From: Malacoraja senta
Taxonomy: Eukaryota
Length of the DNA: 64,000 bases
Assembly (NCBI GenBank): GCA_038087875.1
Contig: JAXLNO010000079.1
Span: 434,001 to 498,000 of the forward strand
Direction of reading: 5' to 3'
Made by a program: the position numbers and the translations under genes. Below the pieces are notes generated by a model. It worked only from the letters and a program-made list of their open reading frames with translations, was not told the DNA's origin and searched no databases. This document shows, piece by piece, positions 24,233 to 36,693 of the stretch (the first letter of the stretch is position 1; each line of letters starts with the position of its first letter).

Positions 24233-25363
24233 GTATTGGGGGTTCAGTATTGATGTGGATAGAGAACTGGCTGGGAAACAGGAAGCAAAGAGTAGGATTA
24301 AACGGGTCCTTTTCACAATGGCAGGCAGTGACTAGTGGGGTACCGCAAGGCTCAGTGCTGGGACCCCAGCTATTTACAATTTATATTAATGAACTGGATG
24401 AGGGAATTGAAAGCAACATCTCCAAATTTGCAGATGACACTAAGCTGGGGGGCAGTGTTAGCTGTGAGGAGGATGCTAGGAGACTGCAAGGTGACTTGGG
24501 TAGGCTGGGTGAGTGGGCAAATGTTTGGCAGATGCAGTATAATGTGGATAAATGTGAGGTTATCCACTTTGGTGGCAAAAACGGGAAGGCAGACTATTAT
24601 CTAAATGGTGGCCGATTTGGAAATGGGGAGATGCAGCGAGACCTGGGTGTCATGGTACACCAGTCATTGAAAGTAGGCATGCAGGTGCAGCAGGCAGTGA
24701 AGAAAGCGAATGGTATGTTGGCTTTCATAGCAAGAGGATTTGAGTATAGGAGCAGGGAGGTTCTACTGCAGTTGTACAGGGTCTTGGTGAGACCACACCT
24801 GGAGTATTGCGTACAGTTTTGGTCTCCAAATCTGAGGAAGGACATTATAGCCATAGAGGGAGTGCAGAGAAGGTTCACCAGACTGATTCCTGGGATGTCA
24901 GGACTTTCATATGAAGAAAGACTGGATAGACTTGGCTTATACTCGCTAGAATTTAGGAGATTGAGAGGGGATCTTATAGAAACGTACAAAATTCTTATGG
25001 GGTTGGACAGGCTAGATGCAGGAAGATTGTTCCCGATGTTGGGGAAGTCCAGGACAAGGGGTCACAGCTTAAGGATAAGGGGGAAATCCTTTAAGACCGA
25101 GATGAGGAAAAACTTTTTCACACAGAGAGTGGTGAATCTCTGGAACTCTCTGCTACAGAGGGTAGTTGAGGCCAGTTCATTGGCTATATTTAAGAGGGAG
25201 TTAGATGTGGCCCCTGTGGCTAAGGGGATCAGGGGGGTACGGAGAGAAGGCAGGTACGGGATACTGAGTTGGATGATCAGCCATGATCATATTGAATGGC
25301 GGTGCAGGCTCGAAGGGCCGAATGGCCTACTCCTGCACCTATTTTCTATGTATCTATGTATCT
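24232..25363 (+). mobile_element. Second CR1-A 3' copy joined head-to-tail to the first
   Basis: Starts gtattgggggttcagtattg, overlapping the preceding tail by GTAT. ORF 24163-25365. Confidence 0.92.
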
Positions 25364-27409
25364 AAGTTAGGTCTTTATTCTTTGGAGCGCAGAAGGTTAA
25401 GAGGGGACTTGATAGAGGTCTTTAAAATGATGAGCGGGTTAGACAGAGTTGACGTGGATAAGCTTTTCCCATTGAGAGTAGGGAAGATTCAAACAAGGGG
25501 ACATGACTTGAGAATTAAGGGACAGAAGTTTAGGGGTAACATTAGGGGGAACTTCTTTACTCAGAGAGTGGTAGCTGTGTGGAATGAGCTTCCGGTGGAA
25601 GTGGTGGAGGCTGGTTCGATGTTATCCTTTAAAAATAGATTGGATGGGTATATGGACGGGAAAGGAATGGAGGGTTATGGTCTGAGTGCAGGTAGATGGG
25701 ACTAGGGGGAAGAAAAAGGAAGGGAAAAAAAGTACGTGTTCGGCACGGACTTGAAGGGCCGAGATGGCCTGTTTCCGTGCTGTAATGGTTATATGGTTAT
25801 GGTTATAAACTGACTCTCCGTAATCTTCTCAGGAAATAGAGGCGCTGATGTGCCTTCTTAATAGTAGCATCAGTGTTCTCGGACCAGGAAAGATCTTCAG
25901 AGATGTGCACGCCCAGGAATTTAAAGATCTTGACCCTTTCAACCATCGACCCATTGAAATAAACGGGACTGTGGGTCCCCATCCTACTCCTTCCAAAGTC
26001 CACAATCAGTTCCTTGGTGTTGAGGGCCAGGTTATTGTGCTGGCACCATATGGACAGTTGCTCGATCTCTCTTCTGTACTCTGACTCATCCCCATCAGTG
26101 ATACGTCCCACAACAGTGGTGTCATCAGCGAACTTGATGATCGAGTTCGCACTATGACCGGCTACGCAGTCATGAGTATAGAGTGAGTACAGCAGGGGGC
26201 TGAGCACGCAGCCTTGAGGTGCTCCCGTGCTGATTGTTATCGAATCTGACACATTTCCACCAATACGAACAGACTGTGGTCTGAGAGTGAGGAAGTCAAG
26301 GATCCAATTGCAGAGGGATGTGCAGATACCCAGTTCTGCGAGTTTGGTAACCAGCTTGGAGGGGATGATTGTGTTAAATGCCGAGCTGTAATCGATGAAT
26401 AACAGCCTGACATATGAGTTTTTGTTGTCCGTGGTCCAGAGCGGAGTGGAGGGCCAGCGAGATCGCATCCACCGTTGATCTGTTGTGGTGGTAAGCGAAC
26501 TGCAGTGGGTCCAGGTTTTTGTTGAGGTAGGAGTTGATTTGCTCCATGATCAACCTCTCAAAGCACTTCATCACCACAGGAGTTAGTGCCACAGGTCGAT
26601 AGTCATTGATGCACTAGACCATTGAATGATCCCAGGAATGAGTAGGTTAACCTATGATGAGCGTTTGTCGACACTGGGCCTTTACAGGCTGGGGTTTGAG
26701 ATGGAGAATGAGGGGGGACCTCATTGAAACATACAGAATAGTGAAAGGCTTAGAGTGGATGTGGAGAGGATGTTTCCACCAGTGGAAGAGTCTAGGACTA
26801 GAGGTCATAGCCTCAGAATTAAAGGACGTTCTTTTAAGTAGGAGATGAGGAGAAATTTATTTAGTCAGAAGGTGGTGAATCTGTGGAATTCTTTGCCTAG
26901 GAAGGCTGTGGAGGCTGTCAGTGGATATTTCTTAAGGCAGAGATAGATAGATTACATAAAAAATAGGTGCAGGAGGCCATTTGGCCCTTCGAGCCAGCAC
27001 CGCTTTTCATTGTGATCATGGCTGATCGTTCCCTATCAATAACCCGTGCCTGCCTTCTCCCCATATCCCTTGATTCCACTAGTCCCTAGAGCTCTAACTT
27101 TCTTTTAAATTCATCCAGTGAATTGGCCTCTTCTGCCTTCTGTAATTCTTGATTAGTACAGGTGACAGAGGTTATGGGCAGAAGGCAGGAGAATGGGGTT
27201 AGGAGGGAGAGATAGATCAGCCATGATTGAATGGTGGAGTAGGCTTGATGGGCCGAATGACCTAATTCTATTACCATCACTTATGATCTTATAATCTGCT
27301 TCGGGGAACCAGAAATAGTGTGAAGGCCTTTGTGTAAATGTAAGTCTTTCTTTCTTTGCTTTCCTTTATATGAATGATGGATTCTGCTCCTATTCATTAT
27401 GACGTTATG

Positions 27410-27775
27410 AACAGGGTGACCAAAACTGAACACAATACTCTAAATGTGGCCTCACCAATGTCTTATACAACTGTAACATGGCCTCCAGTCTACTCAATAC
27501 TATGCCTGAAGACTAATGTGCCAAAAACCTTCTTGATCATCCTTTCTACTTGTAATGCCACTTTCAAGCAAATATGTATCTGCACTCTTAGATCCCTCTG
27601 CTCTACAACACTTCCCAGAGCTCTACCATTTACTGTGTAGGTCCTGCCCTGGTTGGACTTTCCAAAATGCAACGCGTTGCACTTCTCTGTATTAAACTCG
27701 ATAAACCAATCCACACTCCACCTGCCCAACTGATGAAGATCCTGCCGCAATTTATGGCACTATCTACAATACCAC
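27410..27775 (-). mobile_element. Old CR1 RT fragment
   Basis: ORF 27490-27750 (EFNTEKCNALHFGKSNQGRTYTVNG). Confidence 0.8.
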
Positions 27776-28409
27776 CCATTTAATGTATATATCTTTAAGT
27801 ATCCGATCATTGACAGTACGTTCGTTTTCTGTGTTCACTTCCCCTTCATAAAGTAATTGCCTCATGCCCTTTGCCAATTTCAGTTATTGTCTACGGCTTT
27901 CTTCTTCACTATCAGCAACCTGGTCAATTTTTGTACTGCCTACTCCAGTATTTATAGCTAAATAATTGGAATATATTTTTCCACTAACTTGTGGATTGTT
28001 CATTTCACATTTAACCATCTGCATACATTTTAACAACCGTAGTTCTTGAGATAAACCTATTAAAGTTTGTTTGACAAACCTATAATCCACATATATACTT
28101 TTTCCCATAATCATTCCATCATTTCATGTGCTTATTTGGAACAGATGACATTGGACCAAGGCGTTTTTTAACCAGCAGAAGTTTTTCTAGTTTTGTGAAT
28201 GAGTTTCTTTTAAAACAGTTGATGATCATAATGGTGGTAATTATGAGTCATAGATTCAGCATTGGAACAGTCCATCAAGCCCACACAGTGAGCTCTTCAG
28301 TTCATCGAGCCCACACCCACCATCAACCATCCATTAATTCTACATTAACTTTCTTTTATTCTCCCCACATTTTTTTTCAGATCCCCAGATTCTACCATTC
28401 ACCTACACA

Positions 28410-28600
28410 ATAAGTGCAAATCACAGTATCCAGTTAAGATGTTTAGCAAGTGGGAGGAAACTGCTCAACCAAGAGGAATTCCTCAAAATCACAGGGAGAA
28501 CGTACAAACTTCACATTGACAATACCCGAGGTTAAGATTAAAACTGGATCTCTGGTGCTGTGGGGCAGCAGCTCTACTAGCTATGCATCTATGCTGCCTA
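28410..28600 (-). mobile_element. Degenerate tRNA-derived V-type SINE
   Basis: Homologous to 30495-30644, with a decayed tRNA head and a tttcctcccac V-domain remnant. Confidence 0.6.
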
Positions 28601-28777
28601 CCCTATGAAATGACCTTGACTCTTACTTCAATAAAAGAAGGCAGCTTTTTTACCAAGGTCTTAGTCAAATTTTCTTTCAAATTATTAAAACTTTTCTGGC
28701 ATAATGTCCACACATGGAGGCAAAAAATAATCAGTGAAAAACTTTTCCACGATTGATTAAAAAAGTACCAGAATTAC

Positions 28778-28805
28778 CTGAAGAAGGGTTTCGGCCCGAA
28801 ACGTT
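28778..28805 (+). ncRNA. Minimal type I hammerhead ribozyme core in an 88 bp Penelope-derived insertion (28778-28865)
   Basis: CUGAAGA-A-GGGU(UUCG)GCCC-GAAAC-GUU. The insert is flanked by a 13 bp direct repeat gtaccagaattac (28765-28777 and 28866-28878). Confidence 0.7.
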
Positions 28806-28945
28806 ACCTATTTCCTTCGCTCCATAGATGCTGCTGCACCCGCTGAGTTTCTCCAGCATCTTTGTGTACCAGAATTACGTGTTGAGTGCTCAGTGCATGT
28901 TGGCAATTGTAGTCATATGATGGAAAATGAAAGTCAGGAAATTAA

Positions 28946-30252
28946 TGACAAAGTCAGCATGGATTTATGAAAGGTAAATCATGTCTGACGAATCTTATAG
29001 AATTTTTCGAGGATGTAACTAGTAGAGTGGATAGGGGAGAACCAGTGGATGTGTTATATCTGGACTTTCAGAAGGCTTTCGACAAGGTCCCACATAAGAG
29101 ATTAGTATACAAACTTAAAGCACACGGTATTGGGGGTTCAGTATTGATGTGGATAGAGAACTGGCTGGCAAACAGGAGGCAAAGAGTAGGAGTAAACGGG
29201 TCCTTTTCAGAATGGCAGGCAGTGACTAGTGGGGTACCGCAAGGCTCAGTGCTGGGACCCCAGCTATTTACAATATATATTAATGATTTGGATGAGGGAA
29301 TTGAATGCAACATCTCCAAGTTTGCGGATAACACAACGCTGGGGGGCAGTGTTAGCTGTGAGGAGGATGCTAGGAGGCTGCAAGGTGACTTGGATAGGCT
29401 GGGTGAGTGGGCAAATGCATGGCAGATGCAGTATAATGTGGATAAATGTGAGGTTATCCACTTTGGTGGCAAAAACAGGAAAGTAGACTATTATCTGAAT
29501 GGTGGCCAATTAGGAAAAGGGGAGATGCAACGAGACCTGGGTGTCATGGTACACCAGTCATTGAAAGTAGGCATGCAGGTGCAGCAGGCAGTGAAGAAAG
29601 CAAATGGTATGTTAGTATTCATAGCAAAAGGATTTGAGTATAGGAGCAGGGAGGTTCTACTGCAGTTGTACAAGGTCTTGGTGAGACCACACCTGGAGTA
29701 TTGCATACAGTTTTGGTCTCCAAATCTGAGGAAAGACATTTTTGCCATAGAGGAAGTACAGAGAAGGTTCACCAGACTGATTCCTGGGATGTCAGGACTT
29801 TCATATGAAGAAAGACTGGATAGACTCGGCTTGTACTCGCTAGAATTTAGAAGATTGAGGGGGGATCTTATAGAAACTTACAAAATTCTTAAGGGGTTGG
29901 ACAGGCTAGATGCAGGAAGATTGTTCCCCATGTTGGGGAGGTCCAGGACAAGGGGTCACAGTTTAAGGATAAAGGGGAAATCTTTTAGGACCGAGATGAG
30001 AAAAACATTTTTCACACAGAGAGTGGTGAATCTCTGGAATTCTCTGCCACAGAAGGTAGTTGAGGCCAGTTCATTGGCTATATTTAAGAGGGAGTTAGAT
30101 GTGGCCCTTGTGGCTAAAGGAATCAGGGGGTATGGAGAGAAGGCAGGTACAGGATACTGAGTTGGATGATCAGCCATGATCATATGGAATGGCGGTGCAG
30201 ACACGAAGGGCCGAATGGCTACTCCTGCACCTATTTTCTATGTTTCTATGTA
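28946..30252 (+). mobile_element. CR1-A 5'-truncated copy
   Basis: ORF 28967-30160 (397 aa RT and C-terminus) and a (tttctatg)n tail. Confidence 0.95.
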
Positions 30253-30494
30253 ATAAATGCCCCCCCGAGAAATTCTGGATACAAAATTTGAAGAACCAAG
30301 GACAGAGTTAGGGACAGAGTTAGGGATAGAGCCCCTCAACTTGCTATTCCATCCAGCAAGGCAATGTTGATTGGTTTAAATTCCACTTTACCCACATACT
30401 CTTTAGTTCCCTTACACTCCAACAGCCTTGAATATAGTTAACACCAGCAGTGCGGATGTACTGCTGGGGTTTCCAATGTTCCTCACTAGTCAAT

Positions 30495-30644
30495 CTTTGA
30501 GATGTGGGAGGAAACCGGAGATAACTCACACCTTCACAGAGAGAATGTACAAACACCACACATACAGCATTTGAGGTCAGGATCGAACCTGGATCTCTGC
30601 AACTGTGAGGCAGCGACTCTACCAGCTGCACCACTCTGCCGCCC
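30495..30644 (-). mobile_element. tRNA-derived V-SINE (HE1-like) 5' part
   Basis: On -: A box tggtgcagctgg, B box ggttcgatcc, then V-domain-like ctccggtttcctcccaca. Confidence 0.8.
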
Positions 30645-31628
30645 TAATTATCCTATGCATGAGTATAGTGACATACAGGTACAATGTTTAACTAAACACC
30701 CCCTGTGTTCCACTGTTAGACACAATAGCAAATCTACAGCTGTAGTTTTTGGAAGAACAGCATGCTGTACAATCATTGAACTGAGGTTAGTCAGTTTTAG
30801 GACTTCATCCAGTGAAAGGATTGGCTGAAATTGTCTAAGTTTCCTTTATTCAGATCTTAATATTTCTCCACCTTTGCCTAGCCAAGAGACAGGAGGTTGG
30901 CCCTTAAATGAAAAAATCTGCCCTTGCTAAGTGGTCTTAGGAGGATCATGGAAATGCAAATTCCCAGGAAAAACATAGACAAAACATCAAATGAATGGAA
31001 ACTAGTAGCAGCTATGTTTATTCAAGTCTAAATCCTTCTGTGTTCTCCTTTTACCAAAGTTCTGCAGAAACCTGCAAAAGTAATTGTGTCCCTCCCCCAG
31101 GAACAGACAATCTGTTTGCAGCCCTTTCCCGCTCCTCTCAATATTAATGGCTATTCAGAGAGGTGAGTCAAAGCAATGATTGGTGACTCACTAAATGTTC
31201 CATCCAGGAAGCACCTGGTCTCCCCTTCACACCTTCCTCCATTCTTTCCACCAACATCGCAGCTAAGATCAGACATCAGTCCACATGCGACCACACTGAT
31301 CCATCACTTTGCCTATGTTGTTATGTGTGTTTCTCTTGTCTTTCGCATAATGTGTTTGCTGCTAAACTTTTATTACCGTAGCTCTGACACTTTCAGGTCT
31401 TATTTTTACCCTGAACCTCTGCATGTCTGCGCACAATAAACAAAACCAATCACATTGTGAGATAAGTTGCGCAATGTAGGCTTGACAGGCACAACTTTTT
31501 CCTTTTTTTACTTCTGTTTGAAGTCCCTGTTCAGGAAGGGCTGGCCCATCAGAGCAATGAGAGGGTACACAAAAATGCTGGAGAAACTCAGCGGGTGCAG
31601 CAGCATCTATGGAGCGAAGGAAATAGGT

Positions 31629-31656
31629 AACGTTTCGGGCCGAAACCCTTCTTCAG
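31629..31656 (-). ncRNA. Minimal hammerhead ribozyme core in a Penelope-derived insertion (about 31565-31663)
   Basis: 28 nt core identical to 28778-28805, with 3 bp helix I (GGU/ACC). Flanked by agagcaatgagagg (31551-31564) and agagcaatgtgagg (31664-31677). Confidence 0.7.
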
Positions 31657-31845
31657 ACCGCCAAGAGCAATGTGAGGAACCTGTTATATGACACACTTGT
31701 GATCCAAACAGAGCTTTGTTTTTATTTATGTGTAAGAAGGAACTGCAGATGCTGGTTTACGAAGATAGACACAAAAAACTGGAGTAAGTCAGCGGGACAG
31801 GCAGCATCTCTGGAGAGAAGGAATGGGTGACGTTTCGGGCCGAAG

Positions 31846-32615
31846 GTTTCAAAGGTCTTTTATTGTCACGTGTACCAATTAAGGTCCAGTGATATGCGAA
31901 TTACCATACAGCCATACTAGAAAAGCAACAAGACACACAACTACATAAAAGTTAACATAAGCATCCACCACAGTGGATTGCCCACATTCCTCACTGTCAT
32001 GGAAGGCAATAAAGTCTCATCTTCTTCCCTCATTTTTCTCCCGCGGTCAGGGCAGTCGAACCATCCATCGGGGCGATTGAAGCTCCCGCAGCCAGTGGTC
32101 GAAGCCCCTGTGTCGGGGCGATTGAAGCTCCCGCAGCCAGTGGTCGAAGCCCCTCACCGTCAGGGCGATTGAAACTCCCGCAGCTGTTGGTCGAAGCCCC
32201 TGTGTCGGGGCGATCGAAGCTCCCACGTCGGGGCAGTCGATGCTCCTGCGGCTTGGTTCCCGAAGTCGGTCTCTAACCAGAGACCGCGACCTCCACGGTA
32301 GAGCTCAGAGGTCGATCCTTGGCAAAGGGATCGCGAGCTCCGCGAAGTTAAAGACCCGCAGGCTCGAGCGGTGGAGCTCTCAAAGTCGGACTCCAGCAAA
32401 GGCTGCCAACTCCTTGATGTTAGGTCACAGTGTGGGCGGAGACACGATACGGAAAAAAAATTGCATCTCGAGGTAAGAGATTAGAAAAAGTTTCCCCCAA
32501 CTCCCTCCCCACCCCCAACATAAAACAACTAAAGAACACTAAAAACATACATTTAACACATACTAAAAAAACAACGAAGAAGGAAGGGAGAAACAGACTT
32601 GGCGAGGCAGCCATC
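31846..32615 (-). mobile_element. GC-rich retroposon (hairpin family, copy 3) inserted in a Penelope-derived element
   Basis: Hairpin at 31962-32008; Rex1-like end (ggtacacgtgacaataaa on -); internal 45 bp-scale tandem repeats at 32065-32235. Penelope halves lie at 31725-31845 and 32615-32690. Confidence 0.75.
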
Positions 32616-33196
32616 TCGACCCGAAATGTCACCCATTCCTTCTCTCCAGAGATCCCGCTGAGTTACTCCAGCTTTTTGCATTTATCTTTGTTTTTATTTA
32701 GTTGTGCTATACCATCTGTATAAATTTGATTATCAAAGGTATTTAGAATAGTAAAAGGAAATTAAACTGTAATAGGCTTCTCAGAAATCAAACAAGTATG
32801 ACATTCCAGCTGACAAAGAGGAAGAATGACTTTTGCTGTAAAGCACTTAACATTATTATTTATCTTGCAATGTTTGGCCAGTTTAAGCATAGATTCACTG
32901 TACAGACCAGACAGGGAACACCACATGACTGATTCCAAAGAGCATTGTTTAGCTCTGAATATCAACAAATTGATTAGATTTGTTCTCTTTAAAAGTTAAA
33001 TCTGGAAGGTGCAATCATGTGCCTAGAAATGAGGTCATACAGTGACATTTACTTAAGTGCTTTGTAATTGAAAGTATACCGATCACCGAGTGAGACGCAT
33101 TAATGACAATCTCCAGCTTGCATCACTTCATTCCAGAAGTACAGCTGGGCACTTTCCAGTCTGATAGTTGTAGCAAATGATCATTCCTGGGGCACT

Positions 33197-33405
33197 CAGC
33201 AGGACAGGCAGCATCTCTGGAGAGATGGAATGAGTGATGTTTCGGGTCCACACTCCTTCTTCAGACTTCTTGAGTCTCAAGAAGGGTCTCGACCCAAAAC
33301 GGCACCCATTCCTTCTTTCCAGAATTACTGCCTGTCCCGCTGAGTTACTCCAGCATTTTGTGTCTCTCTTCAGTGTAAACCAACATCTTCAGTTCCTTCC
33401 AACAC
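33197..33405. mobile_element. Penelope-derived fold-back mini-element
   Basis: Inverted halves (caggcagcatctctggagaga and tgcctgtcccgctgagttactccagc). Flanked by attcctggggcact (33183) and attcctggcgcact (36694); the right copy was later split by CR1. Confidence 0.7.
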
Positions 33406-33410
33406 ATTCC

Positions 33411-36400
33411 AACCCTGAGGGGGACCGATATCCTGGCGGGGAGATCTGCAAAGGCTACTGGGGAGACTTTAAACTAGAATGGTTGGGGGGAGGGACACAA
33501 ATAGAGAATGCTATTGGACAGTGTGTGAGGCAGGAGGCAGAGAAGGAAAGCACTCAGACCCAACATGTAGGGGGGAAAGAAGAAAACAATAATAAACAGA
33601 GAATAAGAGGTGGTGGGGTTCTTAAATGGGTGAGCAGAGAAACAGAGGGGTGCAAAATGCGGGCGGAAGCAATAGGTAGCAAGGTGAAAAGTAAAAGTGG
33701 CAGGCAGACAAATCCAGGGCAAAAATCAAAAAGAGCCACGTTCCAACATAATGGTATAAGGGGTAAGAGCGTTGTAAAAACAAGCCTGAAGGCTTTGTGT
33801 CTCAATGCAAGGAGCATTCGTAATAAGGTCGATGAGTTGAACGTGCAGATAGCAATTAATGATTATGATATAGTTGGGATCACGGAGACATGGCTCCAGG
33901 GTGACCAAGGCTGGGAGCTGAACATCCAGGGATATTCAATATTCAGGAGGGATAGAGAGAAAGGAAAAGGAGGTGGGGTAGCGTTGCTGGTTAGAGAGGA
34001 GATTAACGCAGTGGAAAGGAAGGACATTAGCTTGGAGGATGTGGAATCGGTATGGGTAGAGCTACGAAATACTAAGGGGCAGAAAACGCTGGTGGGTGTT
34101 GTGTACAGGCCACCTAGCAGTAGTAGTGAAGTTGGGGATGGCATCAAACAGGAAATTAGAAATGCGTGCAACAAAGGCAAAACAGTTATAATGGGTGACT
34201 TCAATCTACATATAGATTGGGTGAATCAAATTGGCAGGGGTGCTGAGGAAGAGGATTTCTTGGAATGTATGAGGGATAGTTATCTAAACCAACATGTAGA
34301 GGAACCAACGAGAGAGCAGGCTATTCTAGACTGGGTATTGAGTAATGAGGAAGGGTTAGTTAGCAGACTTGTTGTGCGTGCCCCCTTGGGCAAGAGTGAC
34401 CATAATATGGTTGAGTTCTTCATTAGGATGGAGAGTGACATTGTTAATTCAGAAACAACGGTTCTGAACTTAAAGAAAGGTAACTTTGAGGATATGAGAC
34501 GTGAATTGGCCAAGATTGACTGGCAATTAGTTCTAAAAGGGTTGACGGTGGATATGCAATGGAAGGCATTTAAAGACTGCATAGATGAACTACAAAAAAT
34601 GTTCATCCCAGTTTGGCAAAAGAATAAATCAGGGAAGGTAGTGCATCCGTGGATAACAAGGGAAATCAGGGATAGTATCAAAGCAAAAGATGTTGCGTAC
34701 AAATTAGCCAGAAAAAGCAGCATACCAGAGGACTGGGAGAAATTCAGAGACCAGCAGAGGAGGACAAAGGGCTTAATTAGGAAAGGGAAAATAGATTATG
34801 AAAGGAAACTGGCAGGGAACATAAAAACTGACTGCAAAAGTTTTTATAGATATGTGAAGAGAAAGAGATTAGTTAAAACAAATGTAGGTCCCTTGCAGTC
34901 AGAAACAGGTGAATTGATCATGGGGAACAAGGTTATGGCGGACCAATTGAATAACTACTTTGGTTCCGTCTTCACTAAGGAAGACATAAATAATCTGCCG
35001 GATATAGCAGGGGGCCGCGGGTCAAAGGAGATGGAGGAACTGAGTGAAATCCAGGTTAGTCGGGAAGTGGTGTTGGGTAAATTGAATGGATTAAAGGCCG
35101 ATAAATCACCAGGGCCAGATAGGCTGCATCCCAGAGTACTTAAGGAAGTAGCTCCAGAAATAGTGGATGCATTAGTGATAATTTTTCAAAATTCTTTAGA
35201 TTCTGGAGTAGTTCCTGAGGATTGGAGGGTAGCAAACGTAACCCCACTTTTTAAGAAGGGAGGGAGAGAAAAAACGGGGAATTACAGACCAGTTATTCTA
35301 ACATCGGTAGTGGGGAAACTGCTAGAGTCAGTTATTAAAGATGGGATAGCAGCACATTTGGAAAGTGGTGAAATCATTGGACAAAGTCAGCATGGATTTA
35401 CGAAAGGTAAATCGTGTCTGACGAATCTTATAGAATTTTTCGAGGATGTAACTAGTAGAGTGGATAGGGGAGAACCAGTGGATGTGTTGTATCTGGACTT
35501 TCAGAAGGCTTTCGACAAGGTACCACATAAGAGATTAGGATACAAGCTTAAATCACATGGTATTGGGGGTTCAGTATTGATGTGGATAGAGAACTGGCTG
35601 GCAAACAGGAAGCAAAGAGTAGGAGTAAACGGGTCCTTTTCACAATGGCAGGCAGTGACTAGTGGGGTACCGCAAGGCTCAGTGCTGGGACCCCAGCTAT
35701 TTACAATTTATATTAATGATCTGGACGAGGGAATTGAAAGCAACATCTCCAAGTTTGCAGATGACACTAAGCTGGGGGGCAGTGTTAGCTGTGAGGAGGA
35801 TGCTAGGAGACTGCAAGGTGACTTGGATAGGCTGGGGGAGTGGGCAAATGTTTGGCAGATGCAGTATAATGTGGATAAATGTGAGGTTATCCACTTTGGT
35901 GGCAAAAACGGGAAGGCAGACTATTATCTAAATGGTGGCCGATTAGGAAATGGGGAGGTGCAGCGAGACCTGGGTGTCATGGTACACCAGTCATTGAAAG
36001 TAGGCATGCAGGTGCAGCAGGCAGTGAAGAAAGCGAATGGTATGTTGGCCTTCATAGCAAGAGGATTTGAGTATAGGAGCAGGGAGGTTCTACTGCAGTT
36101 GTACAGGGTCTTGGTGAGACCACACCTGGAGTATTGCGTACAGTTTTGGTCTCCAAATCTGAGGAAGGACATTATAGCCATAGAGGGAGTGCAGAGAAGG
36201 TTCACCAGACTGATTCCTGGGATGTCAGGACTTTCATATGAAGAAAGACTGGATAGACTTGGCTTATACTCGCTAGAATTTAGGAGATTGAGAGGGGATC
36301 TTATAGAAACGTACAAAATTCTTATGGGGTTGGACAGGCTAGATGCAGGAAGATTGTTCCCGATGTTGGGGAAGTCCAGGACAAGGGGTCACAGCTTAAG

Positions 36401-36693
36401 GATAAGGGGGAAATCCTTTAAGACCGAGATGAGGAAAAACTTTTTCACACAGAGAGTGGTGAATCTCTGGAACTCTCTGCCACAGAGGGTAGTTGACGCC
36501 AGTTCATTGGCTATATTTAAGAGGGAGTTAGATGTGGCCCTTGTGGCTAAAGGGATCAGGGGGTATGGAGAGAAGGCAGGTACGGGATACTGAGTTGGAT
36601 GATCAGCCATGATCATATTGAATGGCGGTGCAGGCTCGAAGGGCCGAATGGCCTATTCCTGCACCTATTTTCTATGTATCTATGTATCTATGT
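33411..36693 (+). mobile_element. CR1-A copy with an uninterrupted ORF2 (APE endonuclease + reverse transcriptase); most of ORF1 missing
   Basis: Open frame to 36593 with all APE and RT motifs, ATTCC TSD (33406-33410 and 36694-36698), and a (tatctatg)n tail. The first 59 aa or so of the 1119 aa track ORF come from flanking DNA. Confidence 0.97.

Larger units (their letters stand above)
18645..25806 (+). mobile_element. CR1 subfamily B, 5'-truncated (18645-19758 plus 25364-25806)
   Basis: Near-identical to 58420-59970. Interrupted at aacaagtt/aagttaggtc (AAGTT duplicated at 19754-19758 and 25364-25368). (tatggt)n tail. Confidence 0.93.
17485..26615 (-). mobile_element. Rex1/Babar LINE, 5'-truncated, in three pieces (25807-26615, 18170-18643, 17485-17560)
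   Basis: [52 protein letters not shown] and RFRNSYFPTAISLLN are Rex1-type RT motifs. (ttgaac)n tail. Confidence 0.92.
16946..26950 (+). mobile_element. Old CR1 RT fragment (16946-17484 plus 26624-26950) split by a 9.1 kb nested insertion
   Basis: ggtttacaagaatg resumes as gaatgatcccaggaatg (GAATG duplicated). ORFs 16981-17298, 17244-17528 and 26654-26848 are decayed CR1 RT. Confidence 0.85.

Noticed and set aside
30565..30644. tRNA gene
   Set aside because: It has A and B boxes but continues into a V-SINE body, so it is a SINE head.
33234..33410. N-terminal extension of the 1119 aa ORF
   Set aside because: It lies outside the ATTCC TSD in Penelope-derived DNA and starts at GTG; a chance open frame.
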